Source: an uncultured delta proteobacterium (GTDB lineage: Bacteria > Myxococcota > Myxococcia > SLRQ01). From it: a stretch of DNA of 64,000 nucleotides. Below the pieces are notes generated by a model that was not told where the DNA came from, did not search any database, and was given only the letters and a program-made list of their open reading frames with translations. The stretch covers positions 352,001 to 416,000 of the forward strand of contig CAVSGM010000003.1 of assembly GCA_963727485.1 (NCBI GenBank), given 5' to 3'. The translations under genes were made by a program, and so were the position numbers. Below are positions 1 through 10,217 of this stretch, piece by piece. Each line of letters opens with the position of its first letter. Within the stretch, counting starts at the first letter, position 1.

Positions 1-1104
1 GGCGATGGGCACGTACTGGCTGATCTCCTCGAAGAGCAGTTGCTTCGCCTCGTCCTCGGGGACGTCCTGGAGGGTGACGAAGTTGGAGGAGATGAACGAC
101 AGGGTGGTCGTCGTCTGCCCCGGCCAGAGGTTCGTGACGTCGATGAACGAGAGCCCGTAGCGCCCGCCGTGGAGGAAGCAGTGCTCCCGGGGGAGGTCGT
201 GGAGGGTCCGGTTGAGGGTGATGTGGAGGCTGGCCATGGGCGCCGCCTGGAGGTGCTCGATGCGCCCGAGGTCGGGGTCGAGGCGCTGGACGTCGGCGCC
301 GAGGAGCTTGCGCGTCACCTCCAGGGGCGTGGTGAGCACGTAGTAGTCGGCGACGTGGTGCCGGCCGTCGGCGGTGGTGACCGAGCTGATCCGGCCGCCG
401 CTGGTCTCGACCGACGCCACCTGGGTGTTGATCTCGATGGGCGTGCCCTGGCTCTCGACCAGGTGGGTGAACGGCTCGATGAACGACGTCTGCAGGTCGT
501 TGGGGAGCACCGAGAGGAACGGGCTCGGCGCCTTCACCCAGTAGGCGGAGATGAGCTTGGCGGTCATCGCCGACATCTCGAAGGCGGGGATGGCGCTGGC
601 CTTGAGGATGTTCTCGCGCTCGAGCTGGGCCACCCCCTCGGTGACGTACCAGCGGTCGCGCATCATCCCCACCCGCGACACGTGATCGAGGAAGGCCTTG
701 CGGTGCAGCGGCACCCCGAGCATGTCGAGGACGAAGTACCAGTAGAGGAACTGCTCGGGCCAGGGCACCAGCCCGCCCTGGAGGCTCTTGAGGGCGCCCA
801 GGAGGGTGTGGGGCACGGTGACGGTGATCGGGTGATCGATGTCGCCGGGCTTGAGGTAGTGCCAGCGATCGAAGTCGATGAGGGTCACCCCCAGCTCTTC
901 GAGGATCGGCCGGGTGTTCACGTACCACGCCGGGAAGATGTGGTAGCCGTGCTCCCGCCGGTACCCGCGCACCTCGTCGGCGCCGGCCTTGCCGCCGGTG
1001 CGCGTGTCGGCCTCGAGGATCTTCACCTCGAAGCCCCGCGGCTTCAGCTGCTTCGCCACCGTGAGGCCCGCGAGCCCCCCACCCACCACCAGTACGCTTC
1101 TCAT
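1..1104 (-). CDS. FAD-dependent oxidoreductase (amine oxidase/phytoene-desaturase-like), 3' end runs off the window
   Basis: Read manually on the minus strand (absent from the ORF track). GGAGGAG RBS, then MRSVLVVGGGLAGLTVAKQL...KILEA...GGKAG...EHGYHIF: GxGxxG dinucleotide fold plus the downstream GG and E-H-G-x-H motifs. Frame stays open to position 1. Confidence 0.8.
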   Translation of the reverse strand, partial: MRSVLVVGGGLAGLTVAKQLKPRGFEVKILEADTRTGGKAGADEVRGYRREHGYHIFPAWYVNTRPILEELGVTLIDFDRWHYLKPGDIDHPITVTVPHTLLGALKSLQGGLVPWPEQFLYWYFVLDMLGVPLHRKAFLDHVSRVGMMRDRWYVTEGVAQLERENILKASAIPAFEMSAMTAKLISAYWVKAPSPFLSVLPNDLQTSFIEPFTHLVESQGTPIEINTQVASVETSGGRISSVTTADGRHHVADYYVLTTPLEVTRKLLGADVQRLDPDLGRIEHLQAAPMASLHITLNRTLHDLPREHCFLHGGRYGLSFIDVTNLWPGQTTTTLSFISSNFVTLQDVPEDEAKQLLFEEISQYVPIA

Positions 1105-1182
1105 CGGTCTCCTCCCGTGAGACACTCCCTAGACCATTTCATGGGGAAAACACCACCCCCATGTGTGGAAAACGGGTGTCAC

Positions 1183-3757
1183 GTGAACGCTGCGCAGGCG
1201 TCGGACCGGGTCGCGAGCTGGGATGGGGCGTACCGCGCCCACGCCCGCGCCGAGCTTCTGGGCCGGGTGCGGGTCGGCGCCCTCCTCGCCGCCATCCTGG
1301 TCCCGGCCGGCGCGGTCCTGGAGCTGGTGATCGACCCGGGGATGGTCCGCACCCTGCTCCCGGCGCGCCTGGTCTTCGGGGCGGTGAGCCTGGCCATCTA
1401 CGGCGCCACCCGCCTGCCCCGGGCGGTGCGCTTCGCCCACCCGCTCTCCTGGCTCATGGGGCTGCAGCTCGCCACCGGGGTGGAGCTGGTGCTGCTCATC
1501 GGCCCGGGGGTGGCCTCGCCCTACTACGCCGGCCTCTCGGTGGTCATCATCGCCCTGGGCCTGCTCTTCACCTGGACCACCCTCGAGGCCCTGGCGGTCA
1601 ACCTGGCGATCCTCGCCATCTACGTGGTCCCGGCCCTCCTCCTCGGAGAGCAGGCGTCCTGGCGGACCCTCTTCTCCAACGTCTACTTCCTGGCGAACTG
1701 CTCGCTGCTGGCGGTCGCCGCCAGCTGGATCGGGGCCCGGCTCCGGCGCCGCGCCTTCTACGGCCGCCTCGCCCTCGAGGCGCGCACCCGGGAGCTCGAC
1801 GACGCCTCGGCGCGGCTCTCCGCCTCCCTCGATCGGCTCCAGGAGCTCGACCAGCTCAAGAGCCGGTTCTTCGCCCACATCGACCATGAGCTGCGCACCC
1901 CCCTGACCCTGCTCCTGGCCCCCCTCGAGGAGCTCCTCGGCGACGAGGAGACCAAGCTCCCCAGCCCCGTGGTCGCCCGCCTGGAGCTGATGAGCCGCAG
2001 CGGCGCGCGGCTGATGCGCCTCATCGACCACCTCCTCGACATCACCCGGCTCCAGGCGGGGCGGACGGTGCTCCGGCCCCAGGCCATCGAGCTCTCCAGC
2101 TTCGCGGGGAACCTGGTCGAGCAGTTCATCCCCCTCGCCACCCACCGGCGCCTCGACCTCGCCTTCACCGCCGCCGAGGAGATCAGCCTCCTCGCCGATC
2201 CCGAGAAGGTCGAGACCATCGTCCGCAACCTGGTGGGCAACGCCATCAAGTTCACCCCGCCCGGGGGCCGGGTGCGGGTGCGCCTCCGCTCCGAGGGGGC
2301 CGACGCGGTCATCGAGGTCGAGGACACCGGCGTGGGCATCCCCCAGGAGCGCCGGGAGTCGATCTTCGAGCTCTTCAGCCGGGTGGAGGAGACGCCGGGG
2401 AGCGGCCCCGGGGGCACGGGCATCGGCCTGGCCCTGGTCCAGGAGCTGGTGGGCCTGCACCAGGGTCGCATCGAGCTCGTCTCCGAGCCCGGCGCCGGAT
2501 TCCACCTTCCGGGTCTTCCTGCCCCGGGGCGACGTCGCGGACCTCGGCACCGCCCTCACCGCCCCCTCGCCCAACTACGAGCTCCTCCGGGCCGAGGGCG
2601 AGGCGGGGCTCGCCGAGGTCGAGCCCGAGCCCCTGCCCCCCACCGCCGCCACGATGCCCCAGGGCCGGGAGCGGATCCTGGTGGTCGAGGACAACCTCGA
2701 GCTCGCCAGGCTCCTCGCCGGCTTCCTCGGCCGCCACTACCGGGTGGACACGGCGGCCGACGGCAACGCCGGCCTAGAGGAGGCCCGGCGTCTGCATCCG
2801 GAGGTGGTGGTCTGCGACGTGATGCTCCCGGGGCGCTCGGGCCTCGAGGTGGTGGAGGCCCTCAAGTCCGACCCGCGAACGGCCGATATTGCGGTCATCC
2901 TCCTCACCGCCCGCCACGAGTCGGCCACCGTCCTCGAGGGCTTCGCCCGCGGCGCCGACGACTACATGGAGAAGCCGTTTCGCCCCCAGGAGCTCCTGGC
3001 GCGGATCCGGGCGCAGCTGCGCCTGCGGGCCATCGCCGGCGAGCTCGCCGAGGCGCAGAAGATGGCGATGCTCGGCACCCTCGCCGCCGGCCTCGCCCAC
3101 GAGGTGCGCAACCCCGCCGGAGCCATCCTCGCCTCGCTCCCGGTGATCCGCCGGGCCCTGGGACCCGACGAGACCGGCCGGCCCACGCCTGCCCCGGAGC
3201 GGGTGCTGGAGCTGGTGGCCGTGGTCGAGGACAGCACCCGGCGGATCACCGCCCTGGTCGACGACCTCCTGCGCTTCTCCCACGTGGAGCGGGCGGCGCC
3301 GGTGCCCTGGGAGCCGGACGCGGCGGTGAAGCGGGTGGTCCACCTCTTGGGCCACCGGTTCCAACGGGTGAAGGTCGAGGAGGACCTCTGCTATGCTTCG
3401 GAGGTAGAGGGGCAAGGGGGCCAGTTGGACCAGGTGCTGATGAACCTCCTCGACAACGCCCTCAAGGCGATCGGGGACGGGGGAACCCTGCGCGTGGCGA
3501 CCCGGGACGCCGGGGACGGGGTCCGGATCACCGTCGACGACGACGGCCCCGGCATCGATCCCGACGACCTCCCCCGGATCTTCGATCCCTTCTTCACCAC
3601 GAGGGGGGTGGGCGATGGCACCGGCCTCGGCCTCTACCTCTCCCGGCGCATCGTCGAGGCCCACGGCGGCCGCCTCGAGGCGCAAAACCTCGACGGCGGT
3701 GGGGCCCGCTTCGAGCTGTGGCTCCCCGGGGCCCCGGCGGCGGCGGCCGAGGCATGA
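1183..3757 (+). CDS. Membrane hybrid sensor kinase (multi-TM, HisKA, HATPase, REC, HisKA, HATPase); one +1 frameshift at ~2500
   Basis: About 5-6 hydrophobic helices, then HELRTP, NAIKF, DTGVGI and GTGIGL boxes. Removing one T at 2498-2502 (GATTC->GATC) gives EPGAGSTFRVFLP, which joins the ORF 2654-3757 (REC with VVEDN/CDVMLP/KPF, then HEVRNP and a second HATPase). Start may be 1141. Confidence 0.85.
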
Positions 3758-4884
3758 GCCCTTCCTTCGACCCGGACCGCTACCCGGTCCTCTACGTCGA
3801 CGACGAGCCCAACAACCTGTTGGTGTTCTCCACGGTCTTCGGTGACGAGTTCCGGGTGTTCACCGCCGGGACCCCGGAGGCGGCCTTCGAGATCCTCGAC
3901 GCCGAGCCGGTGGCGGTGGCCCTCTTCGATCAGCGGATGCCCGGCATCAGCGGCATCGCCCTCGCCGAGCAGGTGCGGGCCCGCCACCCCTCGGTGGCGC
4001 GGATGATCGTCACCGCCTACTCCGACACCGCCGAGGCGGTGGAGGCGATCAACCGCGGCGGGATCTCCCAGTGGATCCGCAAGCCCTGGGAGGCCGAGGA
4101 GGTCGCGGCGATCCTCCGCGCCGCCCTCGAACGCCGGGCCCTCCAGGACCTGGTGGGCGACCTCCAGTCGAAGATGATCCAGACCGAGCGCCTGGCGCTC
4201 CTGGGGGTCGCCACCGCCAGCGTCGCCCACGACCTGCGCTCGCCCCTGGCGGTGCTGCGCTCGGGGTTGGGCTTCGCCCACGAGCGGCTCACCGAGGACG
4301 GCGCCCTCGACCGGGACGAGCTCCTGGCCCTCGTCGGCGAGCTCCAGGGGGCCTGCGAGCAGATGACCGGGCTGGTGCGCACCGTGGGGATGCACGCCCA
4401 GACCCCGCGGTCGCGCCGGTCGCGCCTGGCCCTGGCGGAGATCGTCGCGTCGATCCTGCCCCTGTGCCGGGTGGAGATCGAGCGGCGGGCGGTGCTGCGG
4501 TTGGAGCTGGGGGAGGCGCCGGTGGTCCTCGGCGACCCGGTGGGCCTGGGACAGGTGCTCCTGAACCTCCTGGTCAACGCCGGGCAGGCCATCGCCCCGG
4601 GTCGGCGGGCGGAGAACGAGGTGAAGGTCGTCCTCGGCGCCGACGGCGACCGGGCCTGCCTCGAGGTCCACGACACCGGCGAGGGCATCCCCGAGGCGCG
4701 CCTCGAGACCATCTTCGAGCCCTTCTTCACCACCCGGGGCGAGCAGGGCACCGGCCTCGGCCTGGCCATCGTCCGGCAGACCCTCGAGGCCCACGGGGGC
4801 ACCGTCCACGCCGAGTCCACCCCCGGGGTGGGCACCCGGTTCCGGGTGTGCCTCCCGGGGGCGGCGGACGGAGACCCCGACTAG
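3754..4884 (+). CDS. REC-HisKA-HATPase hybrid response regulator/kinase
   Basis: ATG overlaps the upstream TGA. YVDDE, DQRMPG, KPW receiver motifs, then HDLRSP, NLLVNA, DTGEGI, GTGLGL. Confidence 0.9.
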   Translation: MSPSFDPDRYPVLYVDDEPNNLLVFSTVFGDEFRVFTAGTPEAAFEILDAEPVAVALFDQRMPGISGIALAEQVRARHPSVARMIVTAYSDTAEAVEAINRGGISQWIRKPWEAEEVAAILRAALERRALQDLVGDLQSKMIQTERLALLGVATASVAHDLRSPLAVLRSGLGFAHERLTEDGALDRDELLALVGELQGACEQMTGLVRTVGMHAQTPRSRRSRLALAEIVASILPLCRVEIERRAVLRLELGEAPVVLGDPVGLGQVLLNLLVNAGQAIAPGRRAENEVKVVLGADGDRACLEVHDTGEGIPEARLETIFEPFFTTRGEQGTGLGLAIVRQTLEAHGGTVHAESTPGVGTRFRVCLPGAADGDPD

Positions 4885-6134
4885 CGGTCGGGCCAGTTGT
4901 TCCAGGGCGGGTCGGGGTAGCGGCCGGTGAGCCCCTCCCGGAGAAAGGTGAGCAGCGCCGCCCGGTCGGCGTCGGAGAGGGCGTGGGGCTCGAGGAGGGG
5001 ATCCACCTGCGCTCCGGCGCCGCCCTTCAGGTGGAAGTCGACGACCGCCTCCAGGGTGTCGAAGACACCGTCGTGGCCGTAGGGCGCCGAGAGCGCCACG
5101 TTGCGCAGGGACGGGGTGCGGAAGGCGCCCTCGTCCGCGGGCCGGCCGTCTCCCGGCGCCGGAGGATCCTGGGGCGCCGGGCCGTCGTAGTAGGGCCCGT
5201 GGTCGTTGAAGATGCTCCTGGCGAGGAGGATGCGGCCGGCGTCGCGCCCGGGGTCCGCCGGGGAGCCCGGTGGTTGGGGGACGCCGAGGTCGTGGAAGCC
5301 GTGGTCCGAGAGGGTGGGGCCGCTGTGGCACTTCAGGCACCCCGACTCGGCGAAGACCACCAGGCCCCGCTGCGCTTCGGGCGAGAGGGCCTTCCGATCC
5401 CCGGCGAGGAAGGCGTCGAGGGGTGCGGGCCCGGCGGCGATCTTGCGCATGTAGGCCTCGAGGGCCTTGCCGTAGTTGGCGAAGATCAGGTTCACCGTGT
5501 CCTGGTCTGCCGTCGCCATCTGGTCCCAGTCGGGATCGCCGGGGCGGCCCGCCGCCGGGAAGCGGGTGGCGTCGGAGAGGTCGGGCAGCGGCCCGAAGAC
5601 CTTGGCGTAGGCGTCGGGGAAGGCCCGGGCCAGGAGGTGGGCGACGCCCAGACGCGTGAAACCCATTTCAGCCGGGTTCTCGGTGGGGTAGAGGGGCTGC
5701 GACCACAGGGAGTCGGCGCGCCCGTCCCAGAACTGCCAGCGGTTCCAGGCGGCGTCGAGGATGGTGGGCGCGTTGCGCGCGGTGGTGCCCATGCCCTGGG
5801 AGAGCGGGAGGGCGTCGCCGAAGTCCGCCTCGGGCTTGTGGCAGGTGGCGCAGCGGACGTTGGCGTTCCCCGAGAACCGGGCGTCGTAGAAGATCTCGAA
5901 GCCGAGGAGCGCGGCGTCGGAATTCTCGGCCACGTCGTTGCCCCGCGCCGGGGGCAGGCTGTCGGGGAGCTTGAGCGCTTCCACCCGGCGGCACAGGGTT
6001 GCCGGGAGGTCGGGGGACACGGCGCAGCTGGCGCCGGTGGAGGCCTGGGGCGGCGGGGCGCCGCAGGCGGTGAGGAAGAGAACCAGGGACAAGGCGCAGA
6101 GCGCCGGTGAAACGAGCTTCCGCGAGCGTTCCAT
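4881..6134 (-). CDS. Di-heme cytochrome c peroxidase / MauG-family lipoprotein
   Basis: Lipobox LTAC; two CxxCH motifs (CATCH, CLKCH); RNAPT, QFWDGRA and FRTPSLRNV..APYGHDG family motifs. Confidence 0.88.
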   Translation of the reverse strand: MERSRKLVSPALCALSLVLFLTACGAPPPQASTGASCAVSPDLPATLCRRVEALKLPDSLPPARGNDVAENSDAALLGFEIFYDARFSGNANVRCATCHKPEADFGDALPLSQGMGTTARNAPTILDAAWNRWQFWDGRADSLWSQPLYPTENPAEMGFTRLGVAHLLARAFPDAYAKVFGPLPDLSDATRFPAAGRPGDPDWDQMATADQDTVNLIFANYGKALEAYMRKIAAGPAPLDAFLAGDRKALSPEAQRGLVVFAESGCLKCHSGPTLSDHGFHDLGVPQPPGSPADPGRDAGRILLARSIFNDHGPYYDGPAPQDPPAPGDGRPADEGAFRTPSLRNVALSAPYGHDGVFDTLEAVVDFHLKGGAGAQVDPLLEPHALSDADRAALLTFLREGLTGRYPDPPWNNWPDR

Positions 6135-6256
6135 ACGTCTACCTCGCTGCGGGTGGGGGGAGTGACGCCCTTGCGACAGGGCGTCGGTCGAGACTATCAC
6201 GGTCGGAACGGCGAGGCGCGACGTTGCGCCTTACGCCGCACCGAGAGAGGTCAAAG

Positions 6257-8242
6257 ATGTATCGCAGTTTCCCTACCCTCCTCGTTTCCATCTCGTTGTC
6301 ACTCGTATGTGTTTTCGGCACAGCGTGTGGAAACGTGGGTGGGAGCAACGGCAACGGCGGCAACGGCGGGGGCGCGGTCAGTGATGGCGGCGGGACGGGC
6401 GGCGGTGGCGGCGGTGGCGCCTCCGACGGCGGCACCCAGGGCGGGGTCACCGACGGGGGCGGCGGCCAAGTGAGCGACGGCGGCACCGGCGGCAGCGTGG
6501 ATGGGGGGAACGGAGCGGGGGACGCGGGTACTTCCGGCGATGCGGGAAGCGGCACCGCGTCCGACGGGGGGAGCCCTGATGCTGGCCCACTTCCGGTGCC
6601 GGATCCAGTGGTGCAGGTTCCCAATCCGGTACCTGCCCCTGTAGACAACAATCCGACATCGCCCGCCACCGACGACGGCAGCGCCCTCTCGTGGCCGACG
6701 GCGCCGGAGATGACCGGGGTGCAGGTGGCGGTGGGCCGTGACAGCGCGGTGGTGGTGGTGCCGGCGGTGACCGGCGCCCGGGACTACCGGGTGTTCCCGG
6801 TGCCCGCGGGCACCAGCCTCAACACCGACGCCAGCGGCGCCGAGGCCGTCGACGGCACCCGGATCTTCTGCGCCGGCCTCCGGCAACACAACGACGTGGC
6901 GGTGGGCGCCGGCGAGCTGATGCGCGCCATCGAGGTCTCGGGCCTCACCGGACCCACCCGCCTGGTGGTGGAGGCCGTGGACGCGCCCTGTCCCTTCCCG
7001 GGCGTGATGGGCCGCGAGCACCACCTGGTCCCGGTGCACAACAGCGCGCTGTCGGCGAGCGAGGCGGTGGACTTCTCGGTCTACACCGCGGACGAGATCC
7101 AGCAGACCTACGGCAGCGTCATCTACAACGGCCAGGGGCCGGCGGCGACCCTGGGCCAGCCTGCGCCCCCGGTGGCGCCCCACGTCCTGGCGCGGACCAC
7201 CGTGGTGGTCACCCCCGAGGGCACCGGCACCTCACCGGGCCTCGACTACTTCGACGACTTTGCCGCCAACGACGAGCCGCAGCTGGTGGGCCAGGTCGAC
7301 AGCGGCGGTCGCTCGGCGGTGCCGGGCCTGTTGTGGCAGAACCAGAAGTGGAGCTTCTACAGCTACGCCTACGCCTACAGCGACGTGTTCATCGAGCACG
7401 GACAGCTCCACACCCTCCTGGCCGACTGGGCCCAGGACGTGTTCGGCTCCAACGTCATCTACCCCCGGCGGACGGTGACGGTGCCGAGCAACGGCTACCT
7501 CCGGGTGGTCTACGACGTCGACTCCGACGCCACCTCCCGGCGGTACTGGTGGATCTCGCTCTGCGGCGCCGACCAGCAAGGCCAGACCATGGACGCCCAG
7601 GGCCAGCTCCTCTCGCCCATCGTCCAGACGCCATTCTTCTATCAGCCCGACGGGCACAACCCGAGCCTCGCCCACTGGAACTGCCTCCAGGTCTTCCCCC
7701 GGGACGGCACGCCCTTCGGCCTGGCGCCCTCCGGCAAGCGCCCCCAGTCCGACATCCGGGTGATGCTCAACGTCCCCGGCGCCCCGGCGCGCTCGAGCGT
7801 GGTCAACCTCTCGCCGGACCAGTTCCACAACGCCACCCTGGCGCGGCCGAGCTGGTTCCGGATGCAGGACGGCCAGGGCAACCTCCTCGGCCCCATCCTC
7901 GACGACCAGATGCTGATCTCGCCCCGGACGCACTTCGAGCTCTACGTGCGCCGCGACCGGGTGATCCTCTACGTCAACGGCCAGCAGCGCCTCTGCGACG
8001 ACTTCCCCTCGATCCCGCTGACCATGGCCGAGGGGGCGCTGGGCTTCGGGCAGGTGCTCTACCACTCGGCAGCCGAGCGCCACGAGTTCTTCCAGTCGTT
8101 CAACGACCGCACCGGCCAGCGGTACCTCATCCACGACACGCCCTACATCGACGCGCGGACCTGGGACAACCTGGGTTTCCAGGAGGACGTGGGGGCACCG
8201 GCGGGCTTCGATCCCAGCCAGTGCTACACCTACGCGCCCTGA
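6257..8242 (+). CDS. Large lipoprotein of unknown function with Gly/Asp-rich linker
   Basis: Signal peptide ending GTAC, repeated (S/T)DGG linker, then a ~520-aa beta-rich globular region with strong GC3 codon bias. Confidence 0.75.
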   Translation: MYRSFPTLLVSISLSLVCVFGTACGNVGGSNGNGGNGGGAVSDGGGTGGGGGGGASDGGTQGGVTDGGGGQVSDGGTGGSVDGGNGAGDAGTSGDAGSGTASDGGSPDAGPLPVPDPVVQVPNPVPAPVDNNPTSPATDDGSALSWPTAPEMTGVQVAVGRDSAVVVVPAVTGARDYRVFPVPAGTSLNTDASGAEAVDGTRIFCAGLRQHNDVAVGAGELMRAIEVSGLTGPTRLVVEAVDAPCPFPGVMGREHHLVPVHNSALSASEAVDFSVYTADEIQQTYGSVIYNGQGPAATLGQPAPPVAPHVLARTTVVVTPEGTGTSPGLDYFDDFAANDEPQLVGQVDSGGRSAVPGLLWQNQKWSFYSYAYAYSDVFIEHGQLHTLLADWAQDVFGSNVIYPRRTVTVPSNGYLRVVYDVDSDATSRRYWWISLCGADQQGQTMDAQGQLLSPIVQTPFFYQPDGHNPSLAHWNCLQVFPRDGTPFGLAPSGKRPQSDIRVMLNVPGAPARSSVVNLSPDQFHNATLARPSWFRMQDGQGNLLGPILDDQMLISPRTHFELYVRRDRVILYVNGQQRLCDDFPSIPLTMAEGALGFGQVLYHSAAERHEFFQSFNDRTGQRYLIHDTPYIDARTWDNLGFQEDVGAPAGFDPSQCYTYAP

Positions 8243-9264
8243 TCCGCCGGGAGGGGCCAGGGGGCCTCGAGGCCGTCGGTGCCGTTGGCGCCGGCGGTCT
8301 CGGCCGCCAGCCCCTCCGCCGCCGGCCACCGGATGGGCACCCTCGGCTCATAGCCCAGCACCTCCCGGGCCCGGGTGCCGTCGAGGACGGCGCTGAAGTG
8401 GAAGCGCCGGTAGTTCTGGTCGTAGCGGAAGCTCATCCCGGTGGCGCCCGCGCGCCACTGGTAGAGGGGCACCAGCAGCGGGCCCGGCACCGGGATCCCC
8501 AGCCGGCCCCAGAGGGCCACCGCCCGTGAGAGGGGCAGGGTGTCGGCGCCGCCGATGTTGAACACCCCTTCGCCCTCGCCCTCGAGGGCGAGGATCAGGG
8601 CCCGCACCGCGTCGTCGATGGACAGGAGGTTGACCATGGGATCGAAGCCCAGGGGCCGGAAGCAGACCCGGCTCCCCAGGTAGTCGTAGAGCTGGCTGCC
8701 GGTCCGCGGCGCCAGGATCTCGGCGCAGCGCAGGACCACCAGGCGCAGCGGTGTGAGCCCCATCCGGGTGCAGAGGGTGACGTCGGCCTCCACCCGGTCC
8801 CGCACCCGCGGGGGGGCCGTGGGCGCGAGCTCCAGGGGATGGGTCTCGTCCATCAGCGTCGGCTCCCGGGGGTCGATGTGGTAGACGTCGGCGCTGCTCC
8901 GGTAGACCAGCCGGCGCAGCGTGGGGTGGTCCTCGGCGAGCTCGACGATGGCCCGGGTGGAGGCCACGTCCAGGGCGCGCGCCCGGCGGAGGTGGCGACG
9001 GCCGTCGCCGGAGAGGGCGGTGTGCACCACCCGGTCGATGCCCAGGTCCCGGGCGGGGCCGAAGAGGAGGGTGCGCACGTCCCGGGGGCGGGCCATGTCC
9101 ACCTGCACGTAGGTGAGGCGCCCGTCCCGGCGGAGGTCGAGGCCCACCGGCTCGGGGCCCGCGCCCTGGGCCAGCACCCGGTCCACGTTGGGGTGGGCGA
9201 GGAGGGCGCGCACCAGGTGACAGCCCACCGGATCGGTGGCGCCGGTGACCAGCACCCGCATCAT
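8230..9264 (-). CDS. NAD-dependent epimerase/dehydratase-family (extended SDR) protein with degenerate motifs
   Basis: MMRVLVTGATDPVG, VVHTA, SSADVY, GVFNIGG; start overlaps the stop of the upstream acyltransferase. Confidence 0.75.
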   Translation of the reverse strand: MMRVLVTGATDPVGCHLVRALLAHPNVDRVLAQGAGPEPVGLDLRRDGRLTYVQVDMARPRDVRTLLFGPARDLGIDRVVHTALSGDGRRHLRRARALDVASTRAIVELAEDHPTLRRLVYRSSADVYHIDPREPTLMDETHPLELAPTAPPRVRDRVEADVTLCTRMGLTPLRLVVLRCAEILAPRTGSQLYDYLGSRVCFRPLGFDPMVNLLSIDDAVRALILALEGEGEGVFNIGGADTLPLSRAVALWGRLGIPVPGPLLVPLYQWRAGATGMSFRYDQNYRRFHFSAVLDGTRAREVLGYEPRVPIRWPAAEGLAAETAGANGTDGLEAPWPLPADQGA

Positions 9265-10076
9265 CGGAAGAGCCCCCGGCGCCGGGACCGGCCCCGATCG
9301 AGGAGCGCCTGGACCCTCGCCCTGACCTCGAAGGCGGCGGCGGCGGCGACCTCGGGATCGTCGGCCTGGTCCGCGGGGAAGCGCTCGGCGAGGTCCAGGG
9401 GCGCGCCGTAGTGGATGTGGAAGCGCACCGGCAGGGGCAGGGGCGTCGCCGGGATCGGCAGGTGGGGCGCCCCGAACCAGTGGAAGCTGCGAATCCGGCC
9501 CAGCTGGGGCCAGGCCTCCTCGGCGCCGACGATGGCCACCGGGATCACCGGCACCCGGAGGCGCAGCGCCAGCTCGGCGTGGCCCACGTTCCAGGTCTGG
9601 AGCTGGTAGCGCTTGGAGAAGCCCTTGGCGATCCCCCGCACCCCCTCGGGGAACACCGCCACCAGCTCGCCGCGCTGGAGGAGGTGCCGGAGGTTTCCGC
9701 GGCTCCCGCTCACCGCCCCGCCGCCGGTGAACAGCGGGTTCACCACCGGCATCCGCGGCACGAACACGTCCATCACCACCCGGAGCACCCGCGGGGGCTC
9801 GGTGTGGACCAGCACGTCGTGCCACAGCATCAGGGCGTCGAGGGGGAGCATCCCGCTGTGGTTGGCGGCGAGGAGGGCGGCGCCCTCGGCCGGGAGGTGG
9901 TGGCTGCCGTCGGAGGTGACCCGGAGGTAGTGGCGGTAGAGCGGAGAGGTGAGGGCCGCGCCGCGCTTGAGGCCCGCGCGGTGGAGCCCGAGCACGTCGT
10001 AGCCGTGCCCGGCGTCGTCGATGCGGGCCCGGTCGAGGCGCGCCTTCAGCTCCGGCGTCATCCTGGCTTCCCCCAT
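9261..10076 (-). CDS. PlsC-family (lysophospholipid) acyltransferase
   Basis: NHSGMLPLD (HxxxxD) and VFPEG motifs, PVIPVAIVG. Start uncertain (10076 or 10109). Confidence 0.85.
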   Translation of the reverse strand: MGEARMTPELKARLDRARIDDAGHGYDVLGLHRAGLKRGAALTSPLYRHYLRVTSDGSHHLPAEGAALLAANHSGMLPLDALMLWHDVLVHTEPPRVLRVVMDVFVPRMPVVNPLFTGGGAVSGSRGNLRHLLQRGELVAVFPEGVRGIAKGFSKRYQLQTWNVGHAELALRLRVPVIPVAIVGAEEAWPQLGRIRSFHWFGAPHLPIPATPLPLPVRFHIHYGAPLDLAERFPADQADDPEVAAAAAFEVRARVQALLDRGRSRRRGLFR

Positions 10077-10217
10077 GGAAACCTGGGGTCCCCGGGTCGT
10101 CGCGGCCACCGCCGGCGTGCTGGGGCAGGTTCCTCAGGGTGCTGACCCGTGGTGGCGCCCGCCGGGTCGGTACCTACCCTTGGATGTCGTCCGGGGGGCC
10201 AGAGGGGGACCACAGCG

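Noticed and set aside
40..4884. 1614-aa ORF in the track
   Set aside because: Composite artefact: antisense of the FAD oxidoreductase, then the kinase N-half, an out-of-frame stretch caused by the 2500 indel, and the separate 3754-4884 gene.
6340..6590. GGC-rich low-complexity repeats
   Set aside because: They encode the Gly/Asp linker of a lipoprotein; not a separate element.
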